A stretch of DNA of 46,020 nucleotides from Flavobacteriales bacterium (GTDB lineage Bacteria > Bacteroidota > Bacteroidia > UBA10329): NCBI GenBank assembly GCA_041687875.1, contig JBDNJH010000190.1, positions 1-46,020 of the forward strand. The letters run 5' to 3'. Below the pieces are notes generated by a model. It saw nothing but the letters and a program-made list of their open reading frames with translations, was not told where the DNA came from and did not search any database. How positions within the stretch are numbered: position 1 is the first letter of the stretch; the number at the start of each line of letters is the position of its first letter. The translations under genes were made by a program, and so were the position numbers. Of this stretch, positions 18,901 to 26,863 are shown in pieces.

Positions 18901-21900
18901 AATTATGACCGTTCCAGTTCCATCACATCCAGCATCACAGGAAGCATCCGTGCTAGAGGCCGAAATAATAGGACCATCAACATTGCTAACTGGGATAGAT
19001 GCCGTTCCGTCACAGCCAGAAGCATCGGTTATAACTACAGCGTAAATTCCTGCGCATAAGGCGGATGCAGCGTTGTTTACAGAAACGCTTGGTGACCAGC
19101 TGTATGTGTAAGGCCCTCCATCTCCACCGGTTGGTGTTAAGGTTATTTCTCCGTCACATATTCCGCAGGTTGCTTCAGTTACATTGGCGTTTCCAGCTAT
19201 TTCGGAAGGTTCGCCAATTGTTACTAATTGAGTATAAATACATCCTAACGAGTCACTAATCTGAACATTATAAGACCCTGCACACAAGCCTGTTGCCGTT
19301 GCGGTGGTCTGCCCACCAGGAACCCATAAATATTGGTAAGGGGTAACACCTCCGATTGGGCTAACAGTTGCTTCTCCGTCACAAACACCAAAACAGGTTG
19401 CATCGGTGCTAGTAACGTTTGCTCCAGTTGGTCCACTGGTATTGCTAACTGCAATATTAAAACTGGTTCCGCAACCTAAGGAATCGCTTACATCTACTGT
19501 GTAGATACCCGCGCACAGACCAGTAATAGTTGCTGTGGTTTGTCCATTACCCCATAGGTATGAATAGCTAGGAGCTCCGCCACTAGGAATTACGGTAAGT
19601 TCTCCATTGCATTGTCCACAATCGGCATTTACAATCAACGTGTCAATTGTAATTTGAACGGGTAATTCGTCTACAAAAACTGATCGCTGTTGCTGACAGC
19701 CATTTGCGTCTGAGACAACCACGGTATAAGTTCCACTGCACAAGCCCGTAGCTGTTGAAGCAGTGCCGCCCGAAGGAGTCCAGTTGTACGTGTAGGGTAA
19801 TGTTCCTCCAGATGGGATGACACTGGCAGTTCCACTACATGAGCTTGAACAGGCGGCATCTGTTGTCAGAATCTGACTAAGAGAAATTGGATCAGGCTGA
19901 CCGATTGTCACTTGTGCAACGAAAATACATCCGTTGTCATCGGTGATTATAGCGTTGTAAATTCCCGCGCAAAGGCCAGTTACGGTACTGTCTGTAGAAG
20001 CAGCAGGGTCATCCCAAAGAATCGTGAATGATGGTGTTCCTCCAATAATACTGATGCTTGCCGTTCCATCACAACTTCCATTACAGAGCGCGTCTGTTGA
20101 AGAAGATGTTACAACAGGGCCGTCAATGTTGCTGAGTGCAAAAACTTCAATTGTTTCACAACCACTTGCATCTGTAATGGTAACGGTATAAATCCCAGCA
20201 CAAAGCGCAGAAGCCGTTTCTGTTGAAGAAACATTTGGAACCCAAACGTAGGTGTAAGGACCACCGTCACCTCCAGAAGGAGCAAGTACGATTTCTCCGT
20301 TGCACTGTCCGCAAGTGGCTTGCGTAGAGGTGGCGTTGGAAACAATTTGAGATGGTTCAGCAATGGTTACAAGTTGTGTGTAAATACAACCTATTGAATC
20401 GCTGATTTGTACGTTATAGTTTCCTGCGCAAAGTCCTGTAACCGCTGAAGTTGTTTGTCCACCTGGTACCCAGTTGTAGGTGTAAGGTGGTATTCCACCG
20501 ATAGGAGCAACGCTTGCTTCTCCATCGCACGTACCGAAACAGCTTGCATCAACCACAGCAACGGTAGCACCCGTTGGGCCATCTGTGTTGCTCACTGCAA
20601 TGTCGAAGTTCCTTACGCAACCAACTCCATCGGTCACATCAACTGTTTGAACTCCGGGGCAAAGTCCAGTAACGGTAGCTGTAGTTTGTCCGTTGCCCCA
20701 GAGGTAAGTATAAGGTGGCACACCTCCATTAGGAAGCACTTCAATCTCACCATTACAGACACCGCAAGTGGCATTTGTTATCACGGTGTCAATTGAGATT
20801 CCAGTAGGAGGTTGGAAGATGGTTTCAGTAGCGGTTGCTGTACATCCGTTGGTTCCAGTTACTGTAACCATGTAGGTTCCTGCGCAGAGACCTACGGCAG
20901 TCACTGTAGTCTGATTATTCGGGTCATTCCACTGATACGTGTAAGGTGGAGTTCCTCCAGTAACGAAGACGCTTGCCGTTCCATTACAAACGCCAAAGCA
21001 GCTTACATCGTTGGCAGTAGTGAAAGCAGTTAGGACTAGTGGTTGAGTTATAGTAACCGTAGAAACCGAAACACAGCCATTGGCATCTGTCACCGTAACG
21101 CTGTATGGCCCAGCACAAAGACCTGTAATTGTTGCGTTTGTCGTATTGTTTTGGTCGTTCCATTGATAGGTATAAGGGGCAGTTCCTCCTGTTGCTGTTA
21201 CCGTGGCCGTTCCGTTGCAAAGTCCGTTACAGGTAACATTGGTTTGAGCCGTGATACTTGACGTAAGTCCGTTTGGACCTGTAATTGTGATTGTTTGTGT
21301 TTCCACACAACCATTTGCATCGGTCACAGTAACTGTGTACGTACTTGCGCAAAGACCAACGGCTGTTTGCGTGGTCTGAGCCGAGGCATCATCCCATAAG
21401 TAGGTGTATGGTGCAGTACCACCAGCTACATCAGCAGTGGCTTCACCAATACAGTTTCCATCGCATTGTAGATTGATAATCCCTGAGAAGGTAATCACGA
21501 TAGGGGTTGGTTCAGCGATAGTTACGGGTACTACGAAGTCACAACTGTTAACATCCGTAACAGTAACGGTGTAAGAACCAGCGCAAAGGCCAACCGCAGT
21601 AGCAGTAGTTTGTCCAGCAGGATCATCCCATAAATAGGAGAAGGGAGCCGTTCCTCCAACAACAGTTACAGAAGCGGAACCATCGCATACGCCATTACAA
21701 GTTGCATCAATAACCGTAGCGGTGGCTGTAAGGCCAGCTGGATTGTTGACTGTTCCGGTGGTAATATCCGTGCAACCATTTGCATCAGTAACTTCTACCG
21801 AATACGTTCCTGCGCAAAGGTTTATGGCAGTAGCTGTTGTTTGGTTGAGCGGGTCATTCCAGAGATAGGTAAACGGAATTGAACCACCAGAAGGGATTAC

Positions 21901-24900
21901 GGTAATGGCACCATCGCAGTTTCCAGCGCAAGTTCCGTTATCAATAATGAGAAGAGAAAGTCCGATAGGAGCTGGTTGTGTAAGCGTTACTTGGTTTACA
22001 GCCACACATCCATTATCGTCCGTTAGGGTAACGGTGTATAGACCTTGGCATAAACCAACTGCGGTTGGGGTAGTTTGAGCCAATGGGTCGTCCCACAAAT
22101 AAGTAAATGGAGGCGTTCCTCCAACGGGAGTAGCAATTGCTTGTCCATTACAAGAATCGTTACACAAAGGATTTACTCCTGACATGAAAAGAGTTGCCGA
22201 TGGAATGTCGTTTATCAACGAAGTAATTACTCGTGAACAACCAGTGGCATCCGTTACAGTGACATTATATACGCCAGCACAAAGACCAGTAGGGTTTGTT
22301 CCTGAAACACCGGGCTGCGTCCAAACATAGGTATATGGAGCTACTCCAGTAATAGGGGTTAGATTGATAGCACCAGTACACTGTCCGCAGAGCGAATTGA
22401 TGATGGTTTGCCCGATATTAATTTGAGCCGGCTGTGCAATGACCACTTCTTCCGTGTAGATGCAATTGTCTGCATCCTGAATTTGAACATAGTAAGTGCC
22501 AGCGCAAATTCCTGTAACATTTGCAGTAGTAAAACCGCCAGGAACCCATTGATAGGTGTATGGAGCGGTTCCTCCAATTCCACCTACAGTTGCCTCTCCA
22601 TCGCATGATCCGAAGCAAGAAGCATCGGTAATTAGCGTGTTGCTTCCCGTTGGCCCATCAACGTGACTTACGGGCACGAAGAAGTTTTCGGTACAGCCAT
22701 TGGCATCGGTAACTTCCACGTTATACACGCCTGCACATAGGTTGGTGATGGTTGATGTAGTAGCTCCCGTGTTCCATAGGTAGGTGTATGGTGCATTACC
22801 CGTGAGAGGAGTTATGGTAATAGACCCATTGCAAAATCCGCAATCAGCGTCCGTTATGTTGGAAGAAATTGTAATTGGCCCTGGTTCGTTAACAGTAGCC
22901 AAGGAATCATTGCTTCCTGAACCGCTAAACCCAATTTCCCAATCGAAGATGAATCCATCATCAATAGCGAAGTTGTCAGTAACAGTGATGGTCCAATCTC
23001 CATTTAACGGACATCCGATGAGGTTATTAAAGGACTCAACCGGAGTGTAGCTACCTGAAGGAAGAGCATCACCATCGCTAACAGGAACCGTGTTTCCAGC
23101 GGTTGCCTCAGCTCCCATTGTGCCGAAGGTCGGTGTGTTTGACCAGCAATAATCCCATCCAATTCCTGGAATACCATTTGCCTCATTATCTGCTGCGTCA
23201 CCAAGAAAAGTAGAACCTGGCCCGCCTACCCCGATTGATTGAACTAGGTCGATGACCGTTCCGTTGGGGCAGGTCAACTGAATGTCGAGGTCACCCAAAT
23301 AGGAATGTTCCATGTTGACACAGAGTCCTTGAATATCCTGCCCACTTAGTACTGTTGAACCAGAAGGAAATCCGTTAACTGGAATTGTTGTAGTGTACGA
23401 AGCCCCTGTTCCATCTGGTAGGGCAAGAGTTCCTCCGTTGAAAGAGCCTCCAAGCGTGATGGCACTTGATGTGCAGCCATTCGCATCCGTGACTACCACT
23501 GAGTAATCACCGGCAGGAAGGTTATTGATGTCTTCTGTTGTTTGTCCAAGAGGATACCATTGGTATGTGTATGGACCAGCTCCTCCGCTAACGGTGAGGT
23601 CAATTGCTCCATCAGAACCTCCCTCGCACGTCACATCTGTTACATCTAAGGTGATGATGATTGGGTCGGGTTCTATGATTGTGAATGTTTCGGTAAGCGA
23701 ACATCCGGTTGCATCCGTAATGGTCACGGAATAGTTGCCACCACAGAGACCGTTCTCAGTTGGCCCCGTTCCACCTGTAGGTTGCCAATCAATTGTGAAA
23801 GGGGGATTATTGCCCGTTACCACCACCGAGGCAGTCCCATCGCAACTTCCGCTACACGAAACATCGGTTGTAGTAAGCGTATATTGGATTTGATTGTCTG
23901 CAATTGTAAAGTTTGCCGTTTCGGAGCAACCGTTCGCATCCGTAACCAATACAGAATAATTGCCCGCGCAGATGGAAACTGAACTTGGCCCACTGTTGCT
24001 AGGAGACCAGGTGAAGGTATATGGAATCGTTCCGCCCGTTGGAGCAACGCTAGCCGTACCATCGCAAATACCGTTACAAGACGCATCTGTGCTTGTTGGG
24101 TTTAGCATTAGAGTTGCTGGCTCATCAATAATAACCTCAAGCGAATCGCTACAGCCAGCAGCGTCCGATATAATGATCTTGTAAGTTCCCGGCCCAAGGT
24201 TGCTTATGTCTTGAGTGCTCTCACTGTTTGGTTGCCAGCTATACACTAAAGGGGGTGTTCCTCCAGCAACAGAAATGTCAATAGAACCATCATTGTCTCC
24301 ATTGCAAGTAACGTCTTGGTGTGTTTCAGAGATGATAAGTGTTGGAGATGAAGTGATGGTAATGGAACCACTGGTTGTACAGCCATTGGCATCCGTAAGA
24401 ATTCCATTATAAGTGCCTGCCGCTAGGTTTGAAATGTTCTGTGTGGTAAGATTTCCTGGAGTCCATAGGAAAGTGTATCCGGGAGTTCCTCCAGAAGGGG
24501 TAAGTTCGATAGACCCATCGTTTGCGCCACCACAAGTGAGGTTTTGAACGCTTACAGAAACAATAAAATCAGGAGGAGATGTTATGGTGTAAGATACATT
24601 GGTTAGGCATCCAGTCCCTTGGTCGGTAACTACTACTGTATAAGTTGCTCCTGATAATCCTGTAATACTTGCTCCCGTAGCCCCGTTTGACCAATTATAC
24701 GTGAACGGACCAACTCCGCCTGATACGACAAGGGAAATGCTTCCATTATTTGTTCCCGGACAGGTAGGGTCTTGAACTGTTGCAACTACAGTTGCGGCTC
24801 CCTGATTGCTAATGTTGAAAGATGTATCGCGTGCACATCCGTTAACATCCGTGATTGTCACTGAGTAAATTCCAGTAGGAATGGTGTTCAAGTCTTCGTT

Positions 24901-26529
24901 AGTCGACCCGTTAGACCACAGAAATGAGTAAGGCCCAGAACCCCCACTAATAGACAAGTCGATGCTTCCATTAATACTTCCACAGCCTGGTTGAGTGATA
25001 GATGTGGAAACGACTATCTGGTTCTGTGCTTGAATGGAAAATGCTGCGATTGAAACGCATCCAACAATATTGTCTGTAACTATCACAGTATAATTCCCTG
25101 CGGCCAAACCGGTTACGTCTTCAGTAATTGGCCCATGAGACCAATCATAGCTGAAATCACCGCTTCCACCGTTTACCGTAATGTCAATTTCACCATCATT
25201 TGATACGCAATTGGTGCCATCGGTAACAACACCTGTTACATCGTGTCCAGGGAAATTGTTTACGATAACCGAAAGCGTATCGAGACATCCGATGATATTG
25301 TCGGTTACTACAACCGTGTAAATGCCAGCAACCAACCCGGAAAGGTCTTGAGTAGGAGCAGACCCTGGCTGCCAGTTATAGCTGTAATTTCCGGATCCGC
25401 CTATCACGGTCAGGTCAATAGAACCATTGGCCTCGTTGCATTCTGCATTCACGCTAAATACAGATAAAGAAAGCGCAGAACCATTCAAAATCGTAACGGA
25501 GAGATTACCTGTACATCCATTAGCATCCTCAACGGAGAGTAGATAATTGCCAGCACCTAAACCGCTCAAATCTTGAGTTAACTCACCATTTGACCAAGTG
25601 TATAAATATGGAGGAACTCCACCGGACACAGAGACATCAATTGCGCCATCATCCTGTCCATCGCAACTCACGTCATTGCTTGTTTCTGTTAGAATAAGTT
25701 GAGCAGGCTGAGTTAAAACCACTGCAGGAAAAACATGCGTACAACCCGTGAAATCTGTAGCCGTAAGCGTGTAAGAACCGGCCGTTAAACCACTAATATT
25801 CTCTGTGGTTTGTGCTGTGCCGGTCCACGAGAAAGTATAAGGCGGTGTTCCTCCAGAGACCCCACTTGATGTAATAGACCCATCGTTTCCACCAAAGCAG
25901 ATTGGATTTGTTCCAGTGAAGGTTCCAGCCCAATCGGGAGTTGTGTTGATAGTGAATGGCTCGGTTTGCTCGCAACCATTAGCGTCAGTAATTATGACCG
26001 TATAATTACCACCGTCTAAACCTGATATCGAATTGCCACTAGCTAAAAATGGTGGCCATTGATACGTGTAAGGTGCAACACCGCCAGTCACTACAACTGA
26101 GGCTGTTCCATCATTACTATCAGGGCAGGTTTCTGGCATCGTTGAAACGGTTACTCCGAATGGAGCAGGAACATTTATAGTTGCAAACCCGATTGCCGCT
26201 TGACAACTTCCACCACCACCGTTTTGACCCACTACGATTATTTGGTAGTTGGTTGTTACTGACCCTAGACCAGCGAAACAAAAACTTGTGGCCGCTTGTG
26301 GCCCAGATGATTGAAAAATGACACCGTTAAATAGCTGATATACGTAATTTGGTGATCCACCAGAAACGTAGATACAGATACTGCCATCCATGGTACCGTT
26401 ACACGAAACGTCAGTTGCAACGATGGAATCGATAACTACAGGACATTGCGCTTTCGTCTCCGTTGTGAGAAGAAAAAGTGTCAAAAGCGGAAATACAGAT
26501 GAGATTAGGTCGCGTAAAGCTCGCTTCAT
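15946..26529 (-). CDS. Giant (3527 aa) SprB-repeat cell-surface adhesin with embedded P-domain-like module and T9SS type-B C-terminal domain
   Basis: An uninterrupted 10.6-kb ORF with a signal peptide (LLTTETKAQ). It has 40 repeats carrying C..(N/D)G.I......GG..PY.Y.W.......(L/I)..L.AG.Y.V.V.D.NGC. Two further ~70-aa modules follow, then the last 88 aa FPDGISPNGDGINDTW...VYNRWGQMLF...GTYYYVI. Confidence 0.9.
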   Translation of the reverse strand: MKRALRDLISSVFPLLTLFLLTTETKAQCPVVIDSIVATDVSCNGTMDGSICIYVSGGSPNYVYQLFNGVIFQSSGPQAATSFCFAGLGSVTTNYQIIVVGQNGGGGSCQAAIGFATINVPAPFGVTVSTMPETCPDSNDGTASVVVTGGVAPYTYQWPPFLASGNSISGLDGGNYTVIITDANGCEQTEPFTINTTPDWAGTFTGTNPICFGGNDGSITSSGVSGGTPPYTFSWTGTAQTTENISGLTAGSYTLTATDFTGCTHVFPAVVLTQPAQLILTETSNDVSCDGQDDGAIDVSVSGGVPPYLYTWSNGELTQDLSGLGAGNYLLSVEDANGCTGNLSVTILNGSALSLSVFSVNAECNEANGSIDLTVIGGSGNYSYNWQPGSAPTQDLSGLVAGIYTVVVTDNIIGCLDTLSVIVNNFPGHDVTGVVTDGTNCVSNDGEIDITVNGGSGDFSYDWSHGPITEDVTGLAAGNYTVIVTDNIVGCVSIAAFSIQAQNQIVVSTSITQPGCGSINGSIDLSISGGSGPYSFLWSNGSTNEDLNTIPTGIYSVTITDVNGCARDTSFNISNQGAATVVATVQDPTCPGTNNGSISLVVSGGVGPFTYNWSNGATGASITGLSGATYTVVVTDQGTGCLTNVSYTITSPPDFIVSVSVQNLTCGGANDGSIELTPSGGTPGYTFLWTPGNLTTQNISNLAAGTYNGILTDANGCTTSGSITITSSPTLIISETHQDVTCNGDNDGSIDISVAGGTPPLVYSWQPNSESTQDISNLGPGTYKIIISDAAGCSDSLEVIIDEPATLMLNPTSTDASCNGICDGTASVAPTGGTIPYTFTWSPSNSGPSSVSICAGNYSVLVTDANGCSETANFTIADNQIQYTLTTTDVSCSGSCDGTASVVVTGNNPPFTIDWQPTGGTGPTENGLCGGNYSVTITDATGCSLTETFTIIEPDPIIITLDVTDVTCEGGSDGAIDLTVSGGAGPYTYQWYPLGQTTEDINNLPAGDYSVVVTDANGCTSSAITLGGSFNGGTLALPDGTGASYTTTIPVNGFPSGSTVLSGQDIQGLCVNMEHSYLGDLDIQLTCPNGTVIDLVQSIGVGGPGSTFLGDAADNEANGIPGIGWDYCWSNTPTFGTMGAEATAGNTVPVSDGDALPSGSYTPVESFNNLIGCPLNGDWTITVTDNFAIDDGFIFDWEIGFSGSGSNDSLATVNEPGPITISSNITDADCGFCNGSITITPLTGNAPYTYLWNTGATTSTITNLCAGVYNVEVTDANGCTENFFVPVSHVDGPTGSNTLITDASCFGSCDGEATVGGIGGTAPYTYQWVPGGFTTANVTGICAGTYYVQIQDADNCIYTEEVVIAQPAQINIGQTIINSLCGQCTGAINLTPITGVAPYTYVWTQPGVSGTNPTGLCAGVYNVTVTDATGCSRVITSLINDIPSATLFMSGVNPLCNDSCNGQAIATPVGGTPPFTYLWDDPLAQTTPTAVGLCQGLYTVTLTDDNGCVAVNQVTLTQPAPIGLSLLIIDNGTCAGNCDGAITVIPSGGSIPFTYLWNDPLNQTTATAINLCAGTYSVEVTDANGCTDITTGTVNNPAGLTATATVIDATCNGVCDGSASVTVVGGTAPFSYLWDDPAGQTTATAVGLCAGSYTVTVTDVNSCDFVVPVTIAEPTPIVITFSGIINLQCDGNCIGEATADVAGGTAPYTYLWDDASAQTTQTAVGLCASTYTVTVTDANGCVETQTITITGPNGLTSSITAQTNVTCNGLCNGTATVTATGGTAPYTYQWNDQNNTTNATITGLCAGPYSVTVTDANGCVSVSTVTITQPLVLTAFTTANDVSCFGVCNGTASVFVTGGTPPYTYQWNDPNNQTTVTAVGLCAGTYMVTVTGTNGCTATATETIFQPPTGISIDTVITNATCGVCNGEIEVLPNGGVPPYTYLWGNGQTTATVTGLCPGVQTVDVTDGVGCVRNFDIAVSNTDGPTGATVAVVDASCFGTCDGEASVAPIGGIPPYTYNWVPGGQTTSAVTGLCAGNYNVQISDSIGCIYTQLVTIAEPSQIVSNATSTQATCGQCNGEIVLAPSGGDGGPYTYVWVPNVSSTETASALCAGIYTVTITDASGCETIEVFALSNIDGPVVTSSSTDALCNGSCDGTASISIIGGTPSFTILWDDPAASTDSTVTGLCAGIYNAIITDDNGCIFVAQVTIGQPDPISLSQILTTDAACSSSCSGTASVIPSGGTLPYTYNWTPSGGTASTATGLCSGTYTVVVSDANGCQQQRSVFVDELPVQITIDTLIVNADCGQCNGELTVIPSGGAPSYSYLWGNGQTTATITGLCAGIYTVDVSDSLGCGTSFNIAVSNTSGPTGANVTSTDATCFGVCDGEATVSPIGGVTPYQYLWVPGGQTTATATGLCAGSYNVQISDSLGCIYTQLVTIGEPSEIAGNANVTEATCGICDGEITLTPTGGDGGPYTYSWSPSVSVNNAASALCAGIYAVVITDASGCDGTASIPVSNVDGPIISASSTDASCDAGCDGTGTVIISGGVAPFTIIWDDPAGQTATTATGLCAGIYYVTVIGDNGCQSTVQIEVEDPNPISTSILFVLNSSCSGSCDGTAIVIPSGGTLPYTYLWSSGGTSDAETGLCAGTYTVTVTDANGCTQQATATISEPAAITFVTTTVDASCYGVCDGEATVVASGGTGAFTYLWNNPSATANDTVIALCAGTYTVVATDAAGCIDSTTVTINEPDSISITITPTSVSCFGDCDGTAIALATGGTGSYTYQWNDPGSTANDTVIGLCPGIYGLVVTDSLGCTATASTVIAEPLVLTLLDSGINITCGGQCDGIAGVLVQGGTAPYGYAWDDANNSTTPFITGLCAGTYQVVVTDANGCSDSTSITIIEPPVLEALVAVQNPTCGGVCDGELTVTPTGGTPNYTILWLPGLQTTPTITGLCAGQYTVIVVDASGCADTTSINLTEPPILTAAITSVTQVLCSGNCSGEATVTPSGGTPPFTYSWNTNPVQTSSTATNLCVGIWTVTITDDIGCTTTASTTINQDNALTATVPIFTNVSCNGAGDGTATAFANGGVGPYTYSWNDPNFQNTQTATGLVPGSYTVTVTDSQSPACVTQASVIITEPATLTLSASATDVTCGTDCDGVGTATPVGGTAPYVITWNDPGGQGTNLCVGTYTATVTDANGCTALASATVNGPPAIVSNATSVASTCSNISNGSIDLSVVGGVPGYSYNWSPGGAQTQDLTGVLFGTYTVVITDAIGCSITASYSIGTLVNIVADAGLGDTVCIGNPILLDGSGGGSYLWSPAATLSDSAVADPIATPIDTTTYYLTVSIGNCVAVDSVTIYTYNNPPVDAGNNLLIPTGGSIGLNANGVVTGWTYSWEPAEFLDNSSITNPTARPDGTTMFYVTVTDENGCTNTDSVLVEVTPGILFPDGISPNGDGINDTWRIDNIQLFEDAIVEVYNRWGQMLFQSAPGYPVPWDGRFKGEDLPVGTYYYVIYSANFAEPFTGPITIIR
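15949..16212 (-). other. T9SS type-B sorting domain (gliding motility-associated C-terminal domain) of the giant protein
   Basis: The pattern PNGDGINDTW...EVYNRWGQ...GTYYYV is the same as at the C-terminus of the 489-aa protein at 7909-8142. Confidence 0.8.
16681..26445 (-). repeat. Coding tandem array of 40 SprB-type repeats (~75 aa / ~225 nt each), 13 before and 27 after the P-domain-like insert
   Basis: Counted by the GGxxP(Y/F)x(Y/F)xW core. Repeats are diverged at the nucleotide level, so this is not a simple-sequence or CRISPR-like repeat. Confidence 0.85.
22921..23455 (-). other. Proprotein-convertase P-domain-like module embedded in the SprB-repeat array
   Basis: The segment reads GGTLALPDGTGASYTTTIPV...IQGLCVNMEHSYLGDLDIQLTCPNGTVIDLV...GCPLNGDWTITVTDNFAIDDGFIFDWEIGFSG. 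The HxxxGDL..L..P.GT and G.W.L.V.D....D.G.L..W.L landmarks are present. No subtilisin catalytic domain is nearby. Confidence 0.65.
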
Positions 26530-26735
26530 ATCGGTTGATTAAGTAGGAAAGTCAATGTTAAGCCTGGTTGATTCATGGTTGAAATCAAGGGGTTAAAGTA
26601 CAATTTTTCGGATTATTAGGTAGTGACGGATTGGTAGGTTACGAATAGGGTCGTGTTTATCGTGGAATCATATTGACTACACACGCTTTCAGTTTTTCAA
26701 AGTCGTCCAAAAAATCAGGTATCTGCCTTCTTCAG

Positions 26736-26781
26736 AGGGAGTGTTCTAAAAAGTGTGTCAACACTTTTTAGAACACTCCCT
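26736..26781. repeat. Perfect 21-bp inverted repeat with 4-nt loop (candidate cheR terminator or operator upstream of the giant gene)
   Basis: The arms are AGGGAGTGTTCTAAAAAGTGT and ACACTTTTTAGAACACTCCCT, separated by gtca. It lies 83 nt downstream of the cheR stop and 207 nt upstream of the giant gene ATG. There is no adjacent U-run on the minus strand. Confidence 0.6.
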
Positions 26782-26863
26782 TTCAGAATTTCGGATACCG
26801 CCTTAATTCCACCCACCGAGCCACCAATAGCAATGATTTCTATGCCTTTTAAGTCAATCAAGT

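Noticed and set aside
16681-26445. The ~225-nt periodic DNA might be a CRISPR array or a satellite repeat.
   Set aside because: The periodicity is at the protein level (SprB repeats). The units are diverged in nucleotide sequence, there is no conserved short direct repeat with unique spacers, and the region is one open frame.
16000-26500. Dozens of 60-113-aa ORFs in other frames and on the + strand inside the giant gene (e.g. 17149-17385, 17261-17566, 18530-18811, 20455-20796, 23817-24086).
   Set aside because: All are nested in a 10.6-kb ORF with a clear repeat/domain grammar. Their products are low-complexity (Thr/Val/Pro/Cys-rich) echoes of the repeat and have no motifs of their own.
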